A DNA stretch of 64,000 bases from an uncultured Thalassospiraceae bacterium. Its GTDB lineage: Bacteria > Pseudomonadota > Alphaproteobacteria > Rhodospirillales > Casp-alpha2. The notes below the pieces were generated by a model. It did no database searches. It was not told the DNA's origin and saw only the letters and a list, made by a program, of their open reading frames with translations. Within the stretch, counting starts at the first letter, position 1; every line of letters begins with the position of its first letter. The stretch is taken from assembly GCA_964344215.1 (NCBI GenBank), contig CAYFMP010000010.1:7446-71445 (forward strand), given 5' to 3'. A program made the position numbers and the translations under genes. Shown in pieces: positions 8,967 to 18,254 of this stretch.

Positions 8967-10651
8967 GCTTCGCTGGAGCTCTTCCTCGCCGCATCGCGTA
9001 TGCCCGACAGGGTGGCGGTCGGCGTAATGGCGTCCGGGTCGAGGGTCAGTTCGATGATGGCGGGGGTGCCGGCCTCGGCGGCACGTTCGAAGGCGGCGGC
9101 GAAGTCCTCGGTGCGCTCGACCTTCTCGCCATGCGCCCCGTAGGCCCGGGCCAGGGCGGCGAAGTCCGGGTTGACGAGGTCGGTGCCCGAGACCCGGTCG
9201 GGATAGCGGCGTTCCTGGTGCATGCGGATGGTCCCGTACATGCTGTTGTTGACGACGATGATGACGATGTTGATGCCGTACTGGACGGCGGTGGCCAATT
9301 CCTGGCCGGTCATCAAGAAACAGCCGTCGCCGGCGAACGCCACCACCGGGCGCTCCGGATAGAGCCGTTTGGCGGCGATCGCCGCCGGCACCCCGTATCC
9401 CATGGAACCGCTGGTCGGCCCCAACTGGGTGCCGAACCCGCGATAGCGGTAGAACCGGTGAACCCAGGTCGAATAGTTACCGGCGCCGTTGGAGACGATG
9501 GTCTCCGGCGGCAGGCTGTCGCTGAGCCATTTGACGATGTCGCCCAATTGCAGATCGCCGGGGATGGCGGTCGGCGCGTTCCAGGCCAGGTAGTCGTCGC
9601 GGGCCTGTCGGGTCCAGTCGCCCCACGGCGATGCCCCGGCCGGCTCAAGCGCGGCGGCGGCGGCGGCGAACGGTGCCATGCCGGCATTGATGGCCAGCGC
9701 CGGCTGATAGACGCGGCCCAACTCGTCGGCCCCGGGATGGACATGGACCAGGGTCTGTTTCGGGGTCGGGATGCCGAGCAGGGTGTAGCCGCTGGTCGTC
9801 ATCTCGCCCAAGCGCGGACCGACGGCGATTAGCAGGTCGCTCTCGTCGAGCCGGGCTGCCAGTTTCGGGTTGACGCCGATGGCGACGTCGCCGGCGTAGT
9901 TGGCGTGTTCGTTGTCGAACAGGTCCTGACAGCGGAACGAGCAGGTTACCGGCAGGTCGAAGGCTTCGGCGAACTTCCGGATGTCGGCGCAGGCTTCCGC
10001 ACTCCAGCCGCCGCCACCGAGCATGACCAACGGCCGATTGGCGTCGCCGAGAAAGCCGGCCAGACGTTGCATGTCGGCCGCCGCCGGATGGGCCTGGATG
10101 CGCGCCGCCGCGGCGATGTCGCCGGCCGGCGCCCGCTCTTGGAGCATGTCCTCGGGCAGGGCGAGAACGACCGGACCGGGCCGTCCCGAAGTGGCCAGGT
10201 GGAAGGCGTGGCTCAGGTATTCGGGAACGCGCGCCGAATCGTCGATTTGCGCTGTCCACTTGCTCATCTCGCCAAACATGCGGCGATAGTCGATTTCCTG
10301 GAAAGCCTCGCGGTCGACCATGGAACGCGCGATCTGGCCGATGAACAGGATCATCGGGATCGAATCCTGAAAGGCAACGTGCACGCCGCCGGATGCGTTG
10401 GTCGCACCGGGCGCGCGGGTCACGAAACAGATGCCGGGCCCGCCCGTCAGTTTGCCGTGGGCGGCGGCCATCATCGCCGCCCCGCCCTCCTGGCGGCAGG
10501 CCATGAGGTCGATTTCGGGCGCATCGACCAGCGCGTCCAACACCGAAAGGTAGCTTTCGCCAGGCACGCAGAAAGCCCGCCCGACGCCGTTGGTGCGTAA
10601 GGCGTCGACCAGCAACTGCGCGCCCGTCCGTTTGTTGTCCTTCGGTGCCAT
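8963..10651 (-). CDS. Thiamine-pyrophosphate-binding enzyme (acetolactate-synthase-like family)
   Basis: 562 aa with a three-domain TPP-enzyme pattern. TPP-binding motif AFAGDGCFLMTGQELATAVQYGINIVIIVVNNSMYG. Confidence 0.88.
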   Translation of the reverse strand: MAPKDNKRTGAQLLVDALRTNGVGRAFCVPGESYLSVLDALVDAPEIDLMACRQEGGAAMMAAAHGKLTGGPGICFVTRAPGATNASGGVHVAFQDSIPMILFIGQIARSMVDREAFQEIDYRRMFGEMSKWTAQIDDSARVPEYLSHAFHLATSGRPGPVVLALPEDMLQERAPAGDIAAAARIQAHPAAADMQRLAGFLGDANRPLVMLGGGGWSAEACADIRKFAEAFDLPVTCSFRCQDLFDNEHANYAGDVAIGVNPKLAARLDESDLLIAVGPRLGEMTTSGYTLLGIPTPKQTLVHVHPGADELGRVYQPALAINAGMAPFAAAAAALEPAGASPWGDWTRQARDDYLAWNAPTAIPGDLQLGDIVKWLSDSLPPETIVSNGAGNYSTWVHRFYRYRGFGTQLGPTSGSMGYGVPAAIAAKRLYPERPVVAFAGDGCFLMTGQELATAVQYGINIVIIVVNNSMYGTIRMHQERRYPDRVSGTDLVNPDFAALARAYGAHGEKVERTEDFAAAFERAAEAGTPAIIELTLDPDAITPTATLSGIRDAARKSSSEA

Positions 10652-10749
10652 CGGCGGTCCTCCCGTCCGCGCCGCCGGCGGCGACGTCTCCAGCCTATAC
10701 TAGGTCGCGGGCCGGTCTATCGCCACAGCGATAATTCCTTTTTGGGGGG

Positions 10750-10792
10750 TGTGATCCAGATCACTGCCAGGCCAGCGCGGGTTCCCTATAGT
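10750..10792 (+). promoter_or_regulatory. CRP/FNR-type box plus -10 element
   Basis: TGTGA-tccaga-TCACt at 10750-10765, whose inner GTGATCcaGATCAC is a perfect palindrome. TATAGT at 10787-10792. The box centre lies about 41.5 nt upstream of the expected start site. Confidence 0.4.
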
Positions 10793-10798
10793 CATCGT

Positions 10799-10848
10799 CG
10801 ATATTCACGATCTCTCTCCTTCGCCGGGCCCAACGCCCGGCGTTTTTT
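10799..10848 (+). ncRNA. Candidate ~50-nt sRNA, or terminated leader of the downstream small ORF
   Basis: Predicted start about 10799. CU-rich anti-SD-like tract (10811-10821), then the intrinsic terminator. The start site is inferred, not observed. Confidence 0.3.
10822..10848 (+). terminator. Rho-independent terminator
   Basis: 8-bp GC stem CGCCGGGC/GCCCGGCG, 5-nt loop ccaac, followed by TTTTTT. Confidence 0.65.
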
Positions 10849-10925
10849 ATGACTCCGCGATCGCCGCCACCGTGCTATCCTTATGGTTAAGACGGGACAA
10901 TCCCGCACTGTCGAGGTTGAGTACA

Positions 10926-11138
10926 ATGGTGGAAGGTGGAACAGCGGCCGGCCCGGTTGTTTCCGCGCCGCCGCCCGAACCGAACGGGCAGTTCGCGCCG
11001 AGCGTTTTCGACGCCGACCGGATCGAGCAGAAGGTCAAGGCCTCCTTGGTCAGGAAAGTTCGCAAACTGGTCGAGGACTATCCGGAGCGGACGTTGGAGA
11101 TTATCCGCGGCTGGATGGCCGAGGGCCGCGTGCATTAG
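10926..11138 (+). CDS. Small hypothetical protein (70 aa)
   Basis: ATG at 10926 with GAGG about 10 nt upstream. The protein-like C-terminus (KVKASLVRKVRKLVEDYPERTLEIIRGWMAEG) loosely recalls the FliF C-terminal tail. No firm family. Confidence 0.4.
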   Translation: MVEGGTAAGPVVSAPPPEPNGQFAPSVFDADRIEQKVKASLVRKVRKLVEDYPERTLEIIRGWMAEGRVH

Positions 11139-11158
11139 GGAATTCGGCCGAACGCCGG

Positions 11159-11542
11159 CTATTCGTGAACGACGAAATGGTAGATCTTCGAGATGATCCG
11201 CCATTCGCCGTCGACCTTCAGCAGAGTTAGAAGGTCTGTGAAGTATTTCGGCGGCACCGCCAGTTCGGCCTTGACGGCGGCCGCCTCGGGGCCGGCCATG
11301 TCGATGGAAATGATGCGGTCGAGCCGGGGCGCTTCCTGGCTGGCCGGGGATGGGCGGCCGTCGACCAGTTCCAGATACTCCTTCAAGCTCATATCGGACA
11401 TTTCGCCGTCGGTCGCCGAATACAAGTGCGCCCGTTCATGGAACGCGCGCCGCAGCTTGTCAGTATCACCTTCGTAGATGCCGTCGAAGTAGTCGTTGAG
11501 CGCTGCGACGATGTCGTCGAAGTCGGCAAATGCCTGTTCCAT
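11159..11542 (-). CDS. NTF2-like (SnoaL / lumazine-binding-like) protein
   Basis: 127 aa. LNDYFDGIYEGDTDKLRRAFH...GEWRIISKIYH pattern of NTF2-fold proteins. Confidence 0.65.
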   Translation of the reverse strand: MEQAFADFDDIVAALNDYFDGIYEGDTDKLRRAFHERAHLYSATDGEMSDMSLKEYLELVDGRPSPASQEAPRLDRIISIDMAGPEAAAVKAELAVPPKYFTDLLTLLKVDGEWRIISKIYHFVVHE

Positions 11543-11634
11543 GATAGCCTCCGCGGATCTTTCGTTGGCCTTCGGTCCGGGGGAACGGCCGATTATGCAC
11601 TGGAACCGGGCGCGAGGCCACCCGGCCGGTGTCT

Positions 11635-12861
11635 TCAGCCGCTCCGCACCTCGGCCGCCGACCGTCCGACGATGCGTTCGTAGACTTCCGCATCGGTGTC
11701 GCCCTCGCTGCCGATGACCAGGATACGGCTGTCCGCCGCCAGGCCGAGGGCCTCGGCCTGGACCGGGTCACGGCGGGCGGCGAGAGCGGCGGCGAGACCG
11801 GCGACCGCCGATTCGCCGGCCACCACCGGCGGGTCGTCGTCGACTCCATCGGCCAGCAACCGCATGGTATCCTCGGCCGCACGGTCGGACAGGGTGACGA
11901 AATCGTCGGCGCCGCCCCGCAGCACCTGCCAGGCGATCAGCGACACTTCGCCGGCGGCTAGCCCGGCCATCACCGTGTCGAGATCGCCCTCGATGGTCGT
12001 CGGCTGGCCGTTGCGGGCGGTCTCGAACAGACAGGCGGCGTTTTCCGGCTCGACGACGATGAAACGTGGCCGTTCGCTTCCCCAGGTCCGCCACAGAACG
12101 GCGCAGACGGCAGCCGCCAGGCCGCCGACGCCGCCCTGCACGAAGACGTGGGTCGGATGCTCGTCGTCGGCCAGTTGGGCGACGATTTCGCCGGCCATCA
12201 CCGCGTAGCCCTGCATAACGTCCCGGGGAAGATCGGTGTAGCCGTCGTAGGAGGTATCGGAAACCACGAAACGGCCTTCCGTTTCGGCGTCGGCCGCCGC
12301 TTGGCGCACCGAATCGTCGTAGTTTCCCGGAACCCGGACGACGCTGGCGCCGAACCGCTCGATGGCCCTTTTTCGGCCCTCGCTGACGGTGGCGTGAATG
12401 TAGATGACGCAGGCACACCCGAACATCCGCGCTCCCCAGGCGACGGAGCGGCCATGATTACCGTCGGTCGCCGAGGTCACGGTGATCTTCGAGGTGATCT
12501 CACGGTGGGTGCCGGCCAGCAGGTCGGTGGTGGTTACGGTCTCGCCGGTGGCCGCCTCGATCTCGCCAATTAACAGCCGCGAGACTGCATAGGCGCCGCC
12601 CAAGGCCTTGAAGCTGCCGAGGCCGAAACGGCCGCTTTCGTCCTTGTAGAATATGGCCTCGAGTCCGGCGGCGGCGGCCAGTCCCGGCAACCGGGTGAGG
12701 GGGGAGGGGGCGTAGCCGGGCCACGACGAGATATCGCGTTTGGCGGTCGTGAAACCGGCCTCGTCGAGTACCGCCTCCTCGACCGGCCCGTACGATCGGC
12801 TGCCAGCGGCGGCCGGGTTATGGAAGAGAGACAAGCGGGCGGACGGCAGCGGTGAAGACAT
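11635..12861 (-). CDS. dpaL: Diaminopropionate ammonia-lyase (PLP-dependent)
   Basis: 408 aa. KDESGRFGLGSFKALGGAYA (PLP lysine), TDGNHGRSVAW, VQGGVGGLAA and GESAVAGL are collinear with E. coli YgeX/DpaL as I recall it. Confidence 0.85.
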   Translation of the reverse strand: MSSPLPSARLSLFHNPAAAGSRSYGPVEEAVLDEAGFTTAKRDISSWPGYAPSPLTRLPGLAAAAGLEAIFYKDESGRFGLGSFKALGGAYAVSRLLIGEIEAATGETVTTTDLLAGTHREITSKITVTSATDGNHGRSVAWGARMFGCACVIYIHATVSEGRKRAIERFGASVVRVPGNYDDSVRQAAADAETEGRFVVSDTSYDGYTDLPRDVMQGYAVMAGEIVAQLADDEHPTHVFVQGGVGGLAAAVCAVLWRTWGSERPRFIVVEPENAACLFETARNGQPTTIEGDLDTVMAGLAAGEVSLIAWQVLRGGADDFVTLSDRAAEDTMRLLADGVDDDPPVVAGESAVAGLAAALAARRDPVQAEALGLAADSRILVIGSEGDTDAEVYERIVGRSAAEVRSG

Positions 12862-13006
12862 CGAGGGCCTGTAAACGCAAGGAAAGACCGAACCCTTGCA
12901 TAACCGACCCGGGGCTCCGGGGAAACCACTGATTGCATCAACAACCGCAGCATCGCAACTGGCGCGCCGGCAGGTGTTCGCACTTCTTCTCGAGCCGGCC
13001 GTGGCT

Positions 13007-13309
13007 CTAGATCTTGGCGCCGGCCTCCTGGGCTTTCGCTTTTTGCCAGTTTTCGCCCGCCGAGATCAGACAACTCAATCCGTCGGGCCGGGTGTTGATG
13101 ATCGTGAAGCTACCGGTGTCGGAGACGAAGACCTCGATCATCGTGCCGTTGTTGGACAGTCCTACGGAGTTCGGGACTTCCTGGTATTTTTCCTTCAAGG
13201 CCGCGATGACCTTGAGTCTTTCCCCACAGAGCATCTGGGCAGTGGCGGACGCCGGGAAGATGCTTAAAGCAATCAACAGAGCGCCCAGGATGGTGAACAA
13301 CTTACGCAT
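13007..13309 (-). CDS. Small secreted hypothetical protein (100 aa)
   Basis: ATG at 13307-13309 with AAGGAG upstream. Signal peptide MRKLFTILGALLIALSIFPASATA. Two Cys. Confidence 0.6.
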   Translation of the reverse strand: MRKLFTILGALLIALSIFPASATAQMLCGERLKVIAALKEKYQEVPNSVGLSNNGTMIEVFVSDTGSFTIINTRPDGLSCLISAGENWQKAKAQEAGAKI

Positions 13310-13649
13310 CTCGTTACGCTCCTTCTTTCCAAAAAAACAAAGGCCGTCCCCTCTCGGACGACCTCCCATGGAAATTGTTTGTTCGGACAACTATGCGGTT
13401 CGACCCCAGAACTGTCCTCTTGCGGCTAAAACTAGCGGTTCGTAGTTAACATCCAATAAAGAGAAATAATTCGCAAATCAAGATGGTCGAATTTGTAATT
13501 ATATTCCAACGAGTTGCAGTCGTTCCGCGGCGGCCCGGCATTCCTTGGGCGGAGAATTGGGAATTAACTGTCCGCCGGCGATGTAGCAATCATTTCAGGG
13601 CATTACGGTGCAATCGGGGCTCGAATCGCCGGCCCGCCGGCCGCAGCCC

Positions 13650-15128
13650 TCAGTTTTTCAGGCGATACACCGCCCAATCGGCGCCGGACAGGCCCCATTT
13701 CCGGTAGATGGCGGAAAGGCGGTAGGCTGCATCGCTGTCGGCGCCGGTTCGGCTCAAGACCGCCGTCGGCGCCGGGTTGCCGTCGAACAGGTTGACGATA
13801 TGCCACTCGGCCGGCCTCGCCCCGCCACGACCGGAAACGACGAACTCGATGCGATCGCTTAAACCCATTCTCGCCGCATAATGCTTGACGACGATGCCGA
13901 CCGCGAATTCCGGCTCCCCCGATACCCGGACCGGACCGGCGGCGGCGCTGGCGATATGGGCGAGCGCATCGGCGTAGCGCCCCCGCTGGTCGCCGAGAAA
14001 CGTATCGATCAGCACGAATTGGCCGTACAGGAACAACGCCATCGCCGCCGTCGCCGCAATCCGCCCGCGGCGTCCGTGCTCCGTCAACAGGACCAGACAG
14101 CGAGCCGCCGGAAACGCGATGAACACGGCCAGCACCAGGAAATAGCGCGGCCAAACGGCCGCCGTCGTGCCCAGCGCCGGGACGACCTGGTCGGCCAGAA
14201 CGATCCCGAACGGCAGCACCACGACCGCCATCAGCAGGAAGATCCAGAACCCGTCCCGGCGGCGGTATAGATGCCAGATCGGGCCGAGCGAGGCGATCGC
14301 CAGGACCAGGCCGACCCCGCGCGTCGCGCTGCCCTCCCCGTAGATATCGAGCCCGAACATCAGCCGCATCAGCCGGTCGTAGGAATCGCCGGCGGCAACC
14401 GCGGTGGCGGCGCCGCCGATGGTGGCCCTGTTCCAGGCAACGATCGCCACCGCGACGACGACGGCGAGTTGCACGCCGAACAGCGCCGCCGTCCTGCTGA
14501 GGGCGAATCCAACCGACCGGCTGCGTTGCCAGAATTCCACCACCGCCCACACCCCGAGCCCGACGAGGACGGCGAGAAAACTCAAGTGCGACGCGAGGCC
14601 GAGCAGGCAGACGACAACGAAGGCGGCGATCCGGCCCGGCGACGGGCGCTCGAAACCGCTATCCAGAAGGTAGGCCGCGACCAGGGCGGCGGCCACCGCC
14701 GGCGCATAACCGCGAGCCTCGCTGGCGTAGTGCACCATCGGATAGCTGAAGGCGACCATGGCCGCCGCCGCGGCGCCCTCCAGGACACTCCGCCTAGCAC
14801 CGATCGCCGCCGCCGCCGCCACCGCGATCATCCCGGAAACGATGGCCAGCGCCCGATAGGCGATCGGCTCGGCCCGCGGCCCGACGACAACGGCCCACAG
14901 GGTATTGAGCGGGTGGGTATTATCGTGCAACACGACGCCGAACCGCTCGAAGAAGGTGGCATGGGCCATGAAGCGGGCCAGGTTCTCCAGCGACCATATT
15001 TCGTCGAGCCACAGATCGCCCCGCGCCGCCATTACCCGCACGACGCCGGAAACCACGACGAGGACGGCAACAAGAAGAACGACTTGGCGCTGAGACAGGC
15101 CGGATGATGCAGGTTTTCCGATCAACAT
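13650..15128 (-). CDS. GT-C-fold membrane glycosyltransferase (ArnT/PMT-like, GT39/GT83-type)
   Basis: 492 aa with 10 or more hydrophobic helices. Asp-Glu loop motif LWLDEIWS after TM1. Lies 21 bp downstream of a GT2 gene. Confidence 0.7.
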   Translation of the reverse strand: MLIGKPASSGLSQRQVVLLVAVLVVVSGVVRVMAARGDLWLDEIWSLENLARFMAHATFFERFGVVLHDNTHPLNTLWAVVVGPRAEPIAYRALAIVSGMIAVAAAAAIGARRSVLEGAAAAAMVAFSYPMVHYASEARGYAPAVAAALVAAYLLDSGFERPSPGRIAAFVVVCLLGLASHLSFLAVLVGLGVWAVVEFWQRSRSVGFALSRTAALFGVQLAVVVAVAIVAWNRATIGGAATAVAAGDSYDRLMRLMFGLDIYGEGSATRGVGLVLAIASLGPIWHLYRRRDGFWIFLLMAVVVLPFGIVLADQVVPALGTTAAVWPRYFLVLAVFIAFPAARCLVLLTEHGRRGRIAATAAMALFLYGQFVLIDTFLGDQRGRYADALAHIASAAAGPVRVSGEPEFAVGIVVKHYAARMGLSDRIEFVVSGRGGARPAEWHIVNLFDGNPAPTAVLSRTGADSDAAYRLSAIYRKWGLSGADWAVYRLKN

Positions 15129-15149
15129 GCGATACGCCCGGATCGAGGT

Positions 15150-15854
15150 CTACCCGAGGACGTTATAGCGAACGATGCAATAGATCGCCCGCGCCGCATC
15201 GCGCCAGGTGATCTTCTTGCCGTTCTCGTAGGACCGGCAGGTATAGCCGATAGCGACCTCGTGAAATCGGGGCGGCGGCTTCAACCGCGATACCTTGGCG
15301 GTGAACTCCGGACAGAAACCGAACCGCTCCTCCCTGATTTCGACCGAATCCAGCAGATTTTTCCGAAACATCTTGTAGCACGTGCACATATCGGTCAGCC
15401 GGAGCCCAGTGAACAGATTGGAGGCCAGCGTCAGCACCCTGTTTGCCAACCTGTGCCAGAGGTGCAGGAACGCCGTCTTCTCCGGTTCCAGGAACCGCGA
15501 GCCGTAGACGACGTCGGCGCGATCCTCGACAAGGGGAGCGAGAAGTTTGGCGTAGTCGGCCGGGCTGTACTCGAGGTCGGCATCTTGAACGACAACCAGA
15601 TCGCCCCGCAGTACCGCGAAAGCGGTTCGCAAGGCGGCTGACTTGCCTCGGTTGACGGCATGTTCGAGAACCCGCACTTCGGTGTGGCGTTCGGCCAAAT
15701 CGCGGGCGATCGCCAGCGATCCGTCCGTCGACTTGTCGTCGACGATGACGATTTCCCGATCGAGTCCGAGCGTATCGGCGGCGAGCACGCGCCCGACGAT
15801 CTCGGCCAAGGTTTCCTCCTCGTTGAAACAGGGGATGACCACCGAAAGAATCAT
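15150..15854 (-). CDS. Family-2 glycosyltransferase (polyprenyl-phosphate sugar synthase-like)
   Basis: 234 aa from the ATG at 15852-15854. MILSVVIPCFNEE, DDKSTDGS, QDADLEY (DxD). Confidence 0.85.
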   Translation of the reverse strand: MILSVVIPCFNEEETLAEIVGRVLAADTLGLDREIVIVDDKSTDGSLAIARDLAERHTEVRVLEHAVNRGKSAALRTAFAVLRGDLVVVQDADLEYSPADYAKLLAPLVEDRADVVYGSRFLEPEKTAFLHLWHRLANRVLTLASNLFTGLRLTDMCTCYKMFRKNLLDSVEIREERFGFCPEFTAKVSRLKPPPRFHEVAIGYTCRSYENGKKITWRDAARAIYCIVRYNVLG

Positions 15855-15948
15855 GTGAATCGGACCGCTCCGCTCGACTTTGCGCGAAGCGCAACCTATC
15901 ACATTTTTTTCGCGGGCCGGCCATTCGCGGCCGGGCGGCGGCCAGGCC

Positions 15949-17718
15949 TCAGGAGCCGGGCAAGGCGGCAAGCGTGACCGAGAGCTTGGCAAAGGCGCGG
16001 GCCCGGCTCCAGGTGTTGTCGATGTCGCCTGCGATCCTAAGCGCCTCGCGAAACGCCGCCCACGCTGCGGCAGGGGTGCTGTCGGCGGCTCGCGCCGTGG
16101 CCAGGTCGCCGAGCAGCCAGACCCGGCGCAGCGGACTCTTGATGGCCGCCGTCGCGGCGCGGGCGCGGGCTTCGGTGGCGGCGCCGGCGGCGGCGCCGAA
16201 CAGGCGTTTCTTTTCGGCCGCCATGACCCAGAAGATCTCGGCCCGGAATTCGTCTTCCGTGATCTTCTCCAGGGTCTCTTCGGCCAAAACCAGGAAGCGG
16301 CGTGCCTCGGCCGGACGGTGGGTGATGGAGATCTTCAGAAGGTCGAGGGCGATGCGGCTGGCGGCGTGGTTGCGGGCGTAGTTGAGGCGGACCTTGGCGG
16401 CCGTGGCCAGCGCCTTGGCGATGGTTCGCTCGGCGTCGGCGAGATTGCCGCGCTTGGCCTGGACAACGGCGATCCGGCTCAACACCTGCGCCCGATAGCG
16501 CGCGGCGCGGACCTCGGCGGCGGCGGCCAGGGCATCCGTTTCGTCGCCGGCTTCGGCCAGCGCCGTTGCGGCCGAGATCAGCACCGGCATCCTGAGCGTC
16601 GCCGTGCGAACCGCCTTCAACATATCCAGCGCGCGCACCGGTTCGCCCATCTCGGCCAGAGCGGCGGCGACGTTGCCGAAGGCGATGGCGCGGTCGCGGC
16701 GCGGCTTGATTCTTTCGGCCCGGCCGAGCGCTTTCTTCAGGTTGTCGGCGGCCGATTCCCTGAGGCCGATCCGGTAGAGAACCAGGGCGAGGCGGGTCCT
16801 AAGGTCGACCTCGCGGGCGGCGTCGACGGCGGAGTCGAGGACGGCGTTAAGACGGCGGGCAGTGCGGGCGGCGTTGGCTTGATCTTCCGCCTTCGATTGG
16901 ATGACGGCGATCGCCGCCAACGCTTCCAGCCGCTGATCGGCGTCGGGCACGGAATCGGCGGCGGCCAACGCCTCGTTCGGGCGACCGGCCTGGGCATGGG
17001 CGGTGGCGGCGTCCTTCAGGGCGTTGATGATGAGACGCGGGTCGGCGATCCGGCTCGCAGTGCGCAGCGATTCGGCCTTCAGGCCGGCCTTCGCCTGGGC
17101 GACCAGGATTTCGCCCAGCGCCCAATCGCGCATGTTATCCTTAGATATGGCTTTGGCGCTTTCGGCGGCTTCGGCCAGCAGGCAGGATTCGGTCGGCCGC
17201 GCCAGGCAGCCCGATACGTCGCGGGTCGGATCGGCTGGCCCGATCCGCTTACCGTTGACAAGTGATCGGGTTTCGGGGCGGCTGAGCAGGGCCTGGCGGG
17301 CGGCTTCCTTGCTCTCGGCGCGGACCCGGTCGAGACGCTTCAAGAGGGCGGCCGAGCGCAGGCGTTTGTCGATGGCCTCGGCCAGGCCGCGGGTGACACG
17401 GCCGTCGGCCGGTAGGCCGCTGCGCCGCTGGAAGGTGCGAACGGCGCCGACGGTGGCCCGGTCGAGACGGCCATTGACGTCGCCGCCATAGATGCCGAGC
17501 TCGGCGAGGCCGCGCTGGACGCGGCGTACCAGAACGTCGTGGCCGGCGCGCTTGGCGTCGCCAAGGGCGGCCAGTTGGGCGCCCGGTTCGCCGCGCGTGG
17601 CGGCGCCGGCGGCGCCGACGATGGCGGCGCTGGACGCGATCAGGCAAATGATAACGGCGCCGATTAGGGCGGGGATCCCCCGTGAGCACATTTGCCGATG
17701 GTGCTGTTCTGGCATCAT
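15949..17718 (-). CDS. Secreted peptidoglycan-binding-domain protein with a long Ala-rich helical-repeat region
   Basis: 589 aa from the ATG at 17716-17718 (GGAG 6 nt upstream). Signal peptide, then a PG_binding_1-like segment VQRGLAELGIYGGDVNGRLDRATVGAVRTFQRRSGLPADGRVT. Confidence 0.72.
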   Translation of the reverse strand: MMPEQHHRQMCSRGIPALIGAVIICLIASSAAIVGAAGAATRGEPGAQLAALGDAKRAGHDVLVRRVQRGLAELGIYGGDVNGRLDRATVGAVRTFQRRSGLPADGRVTRGLAEAIDKRLRSAALLKRLDRVRAESKEAARQALLSRPETRSLVNGKRIGPADPTRDVSGCLARPTESCLLAEAAESAKAISKDNMRDWALGEILVAQAKAGLKAESLRTASRIADPRLIINALKDAATAHAQAGRPNEALAAADSVPDADQRLEALAAIAVIQSKAEDQANAARTARRLNAVLDSAVDAAREVDLRTRLALVLYRIGLRESAADNLKKALGRAERIKPRRDRAIAFGNVAAALAEMGEPVRALDMLKAVRTATLRMPVLISAATALAEAGDETDALAAAAEVRAARYRAQVLSRIAVVQAKRGNLADAERTIAKALATAAKVRLNYARNHAASRIALDLLKISITHRPAEARRFLVLAEETLEKITEDEFRAEIFWVMAAEKKRLFGAAAGAATEARARAATAAIKSPLRRVWLLGDLATARAADSTPAAAWAAFREALRIAGDIDNTWSRARAFAKLSVTLAALPGS

Positions 17719-17892
17719 CGAAACTCCGGTTTTTTTCAACAGTCGGCCGAAAAGGTTAACAAGCGGTTAGGAATCCGCCGTTTGGCCCGGCCAGAGCGCT
17801 ATCCGGCAGGATTACGCTCGAAGCGGGCTGTACAAGCGCGGGTCGGGCGGGCGATAGTCCGCAAAGCGCAGGCGGCAACGAAAGGAGCGGCG

Positions 17893-18195
17893 ATGAAGAC
17901 AGAGACACCGGAAACAATGGCAGGCTCGCCGATCGAGTTACTGGACGGTTGGGAGCGGCAGGCCGGCGCCGTCTTGGCCGACGCCCCGGCCGACGCCCTG
18001 GCCGCGGCCGAACAGCTCGACACCTTTGAACGCCACTCGCCCGAATGGTTCGCCGTCCACGTCCTGTTCTGCGTCCACGCCACGCGCCGCAACCGCGCCG
18101 ACGGCAATCTGGACGATGCCCTGTTCACCATGGCGCGCGCCCAGGAACTGGTGTCGACGGCGTTGGCCCAGGGCAAGTGGGAAGGGAATTCGTGA
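17893..18195 (+). CDS. Hypothetical protein (100 aa)
   Basis: ATG at 17893 preceded by AAAGGAG. Composition is protein-like. No recognised motif. Confidence 0.45.
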   Translation: MKTETPETMAGSPIELLDGWERQAGAVLADAPADALAAAEQLDTFERHSPEWFAVHVLFCVHATRRNRADGNLDDALFTMARAQELVSTALAQGKWEGNS

Positions 18196-18254
18196 ATGCG
18201 CCGGCCGGTTGGGATATGCTGAATGGACGGCCGGAGCGAACGGAGGACCGAACG

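Noticed and set aside
10872-11230. Alternative starts and frames for the small ORF: GTG at 10872 (88 aa) and ATG at 10883 (115 aa, other frame).
   Set aside because: The 10883 frame is an Arg-rich shadow. The GTG extension adds a non-protein-like N-terminus and starts only 24 nt after the terminator. The ATG at 10926 with GAGG upstream is more plausible, but still of low confidence.
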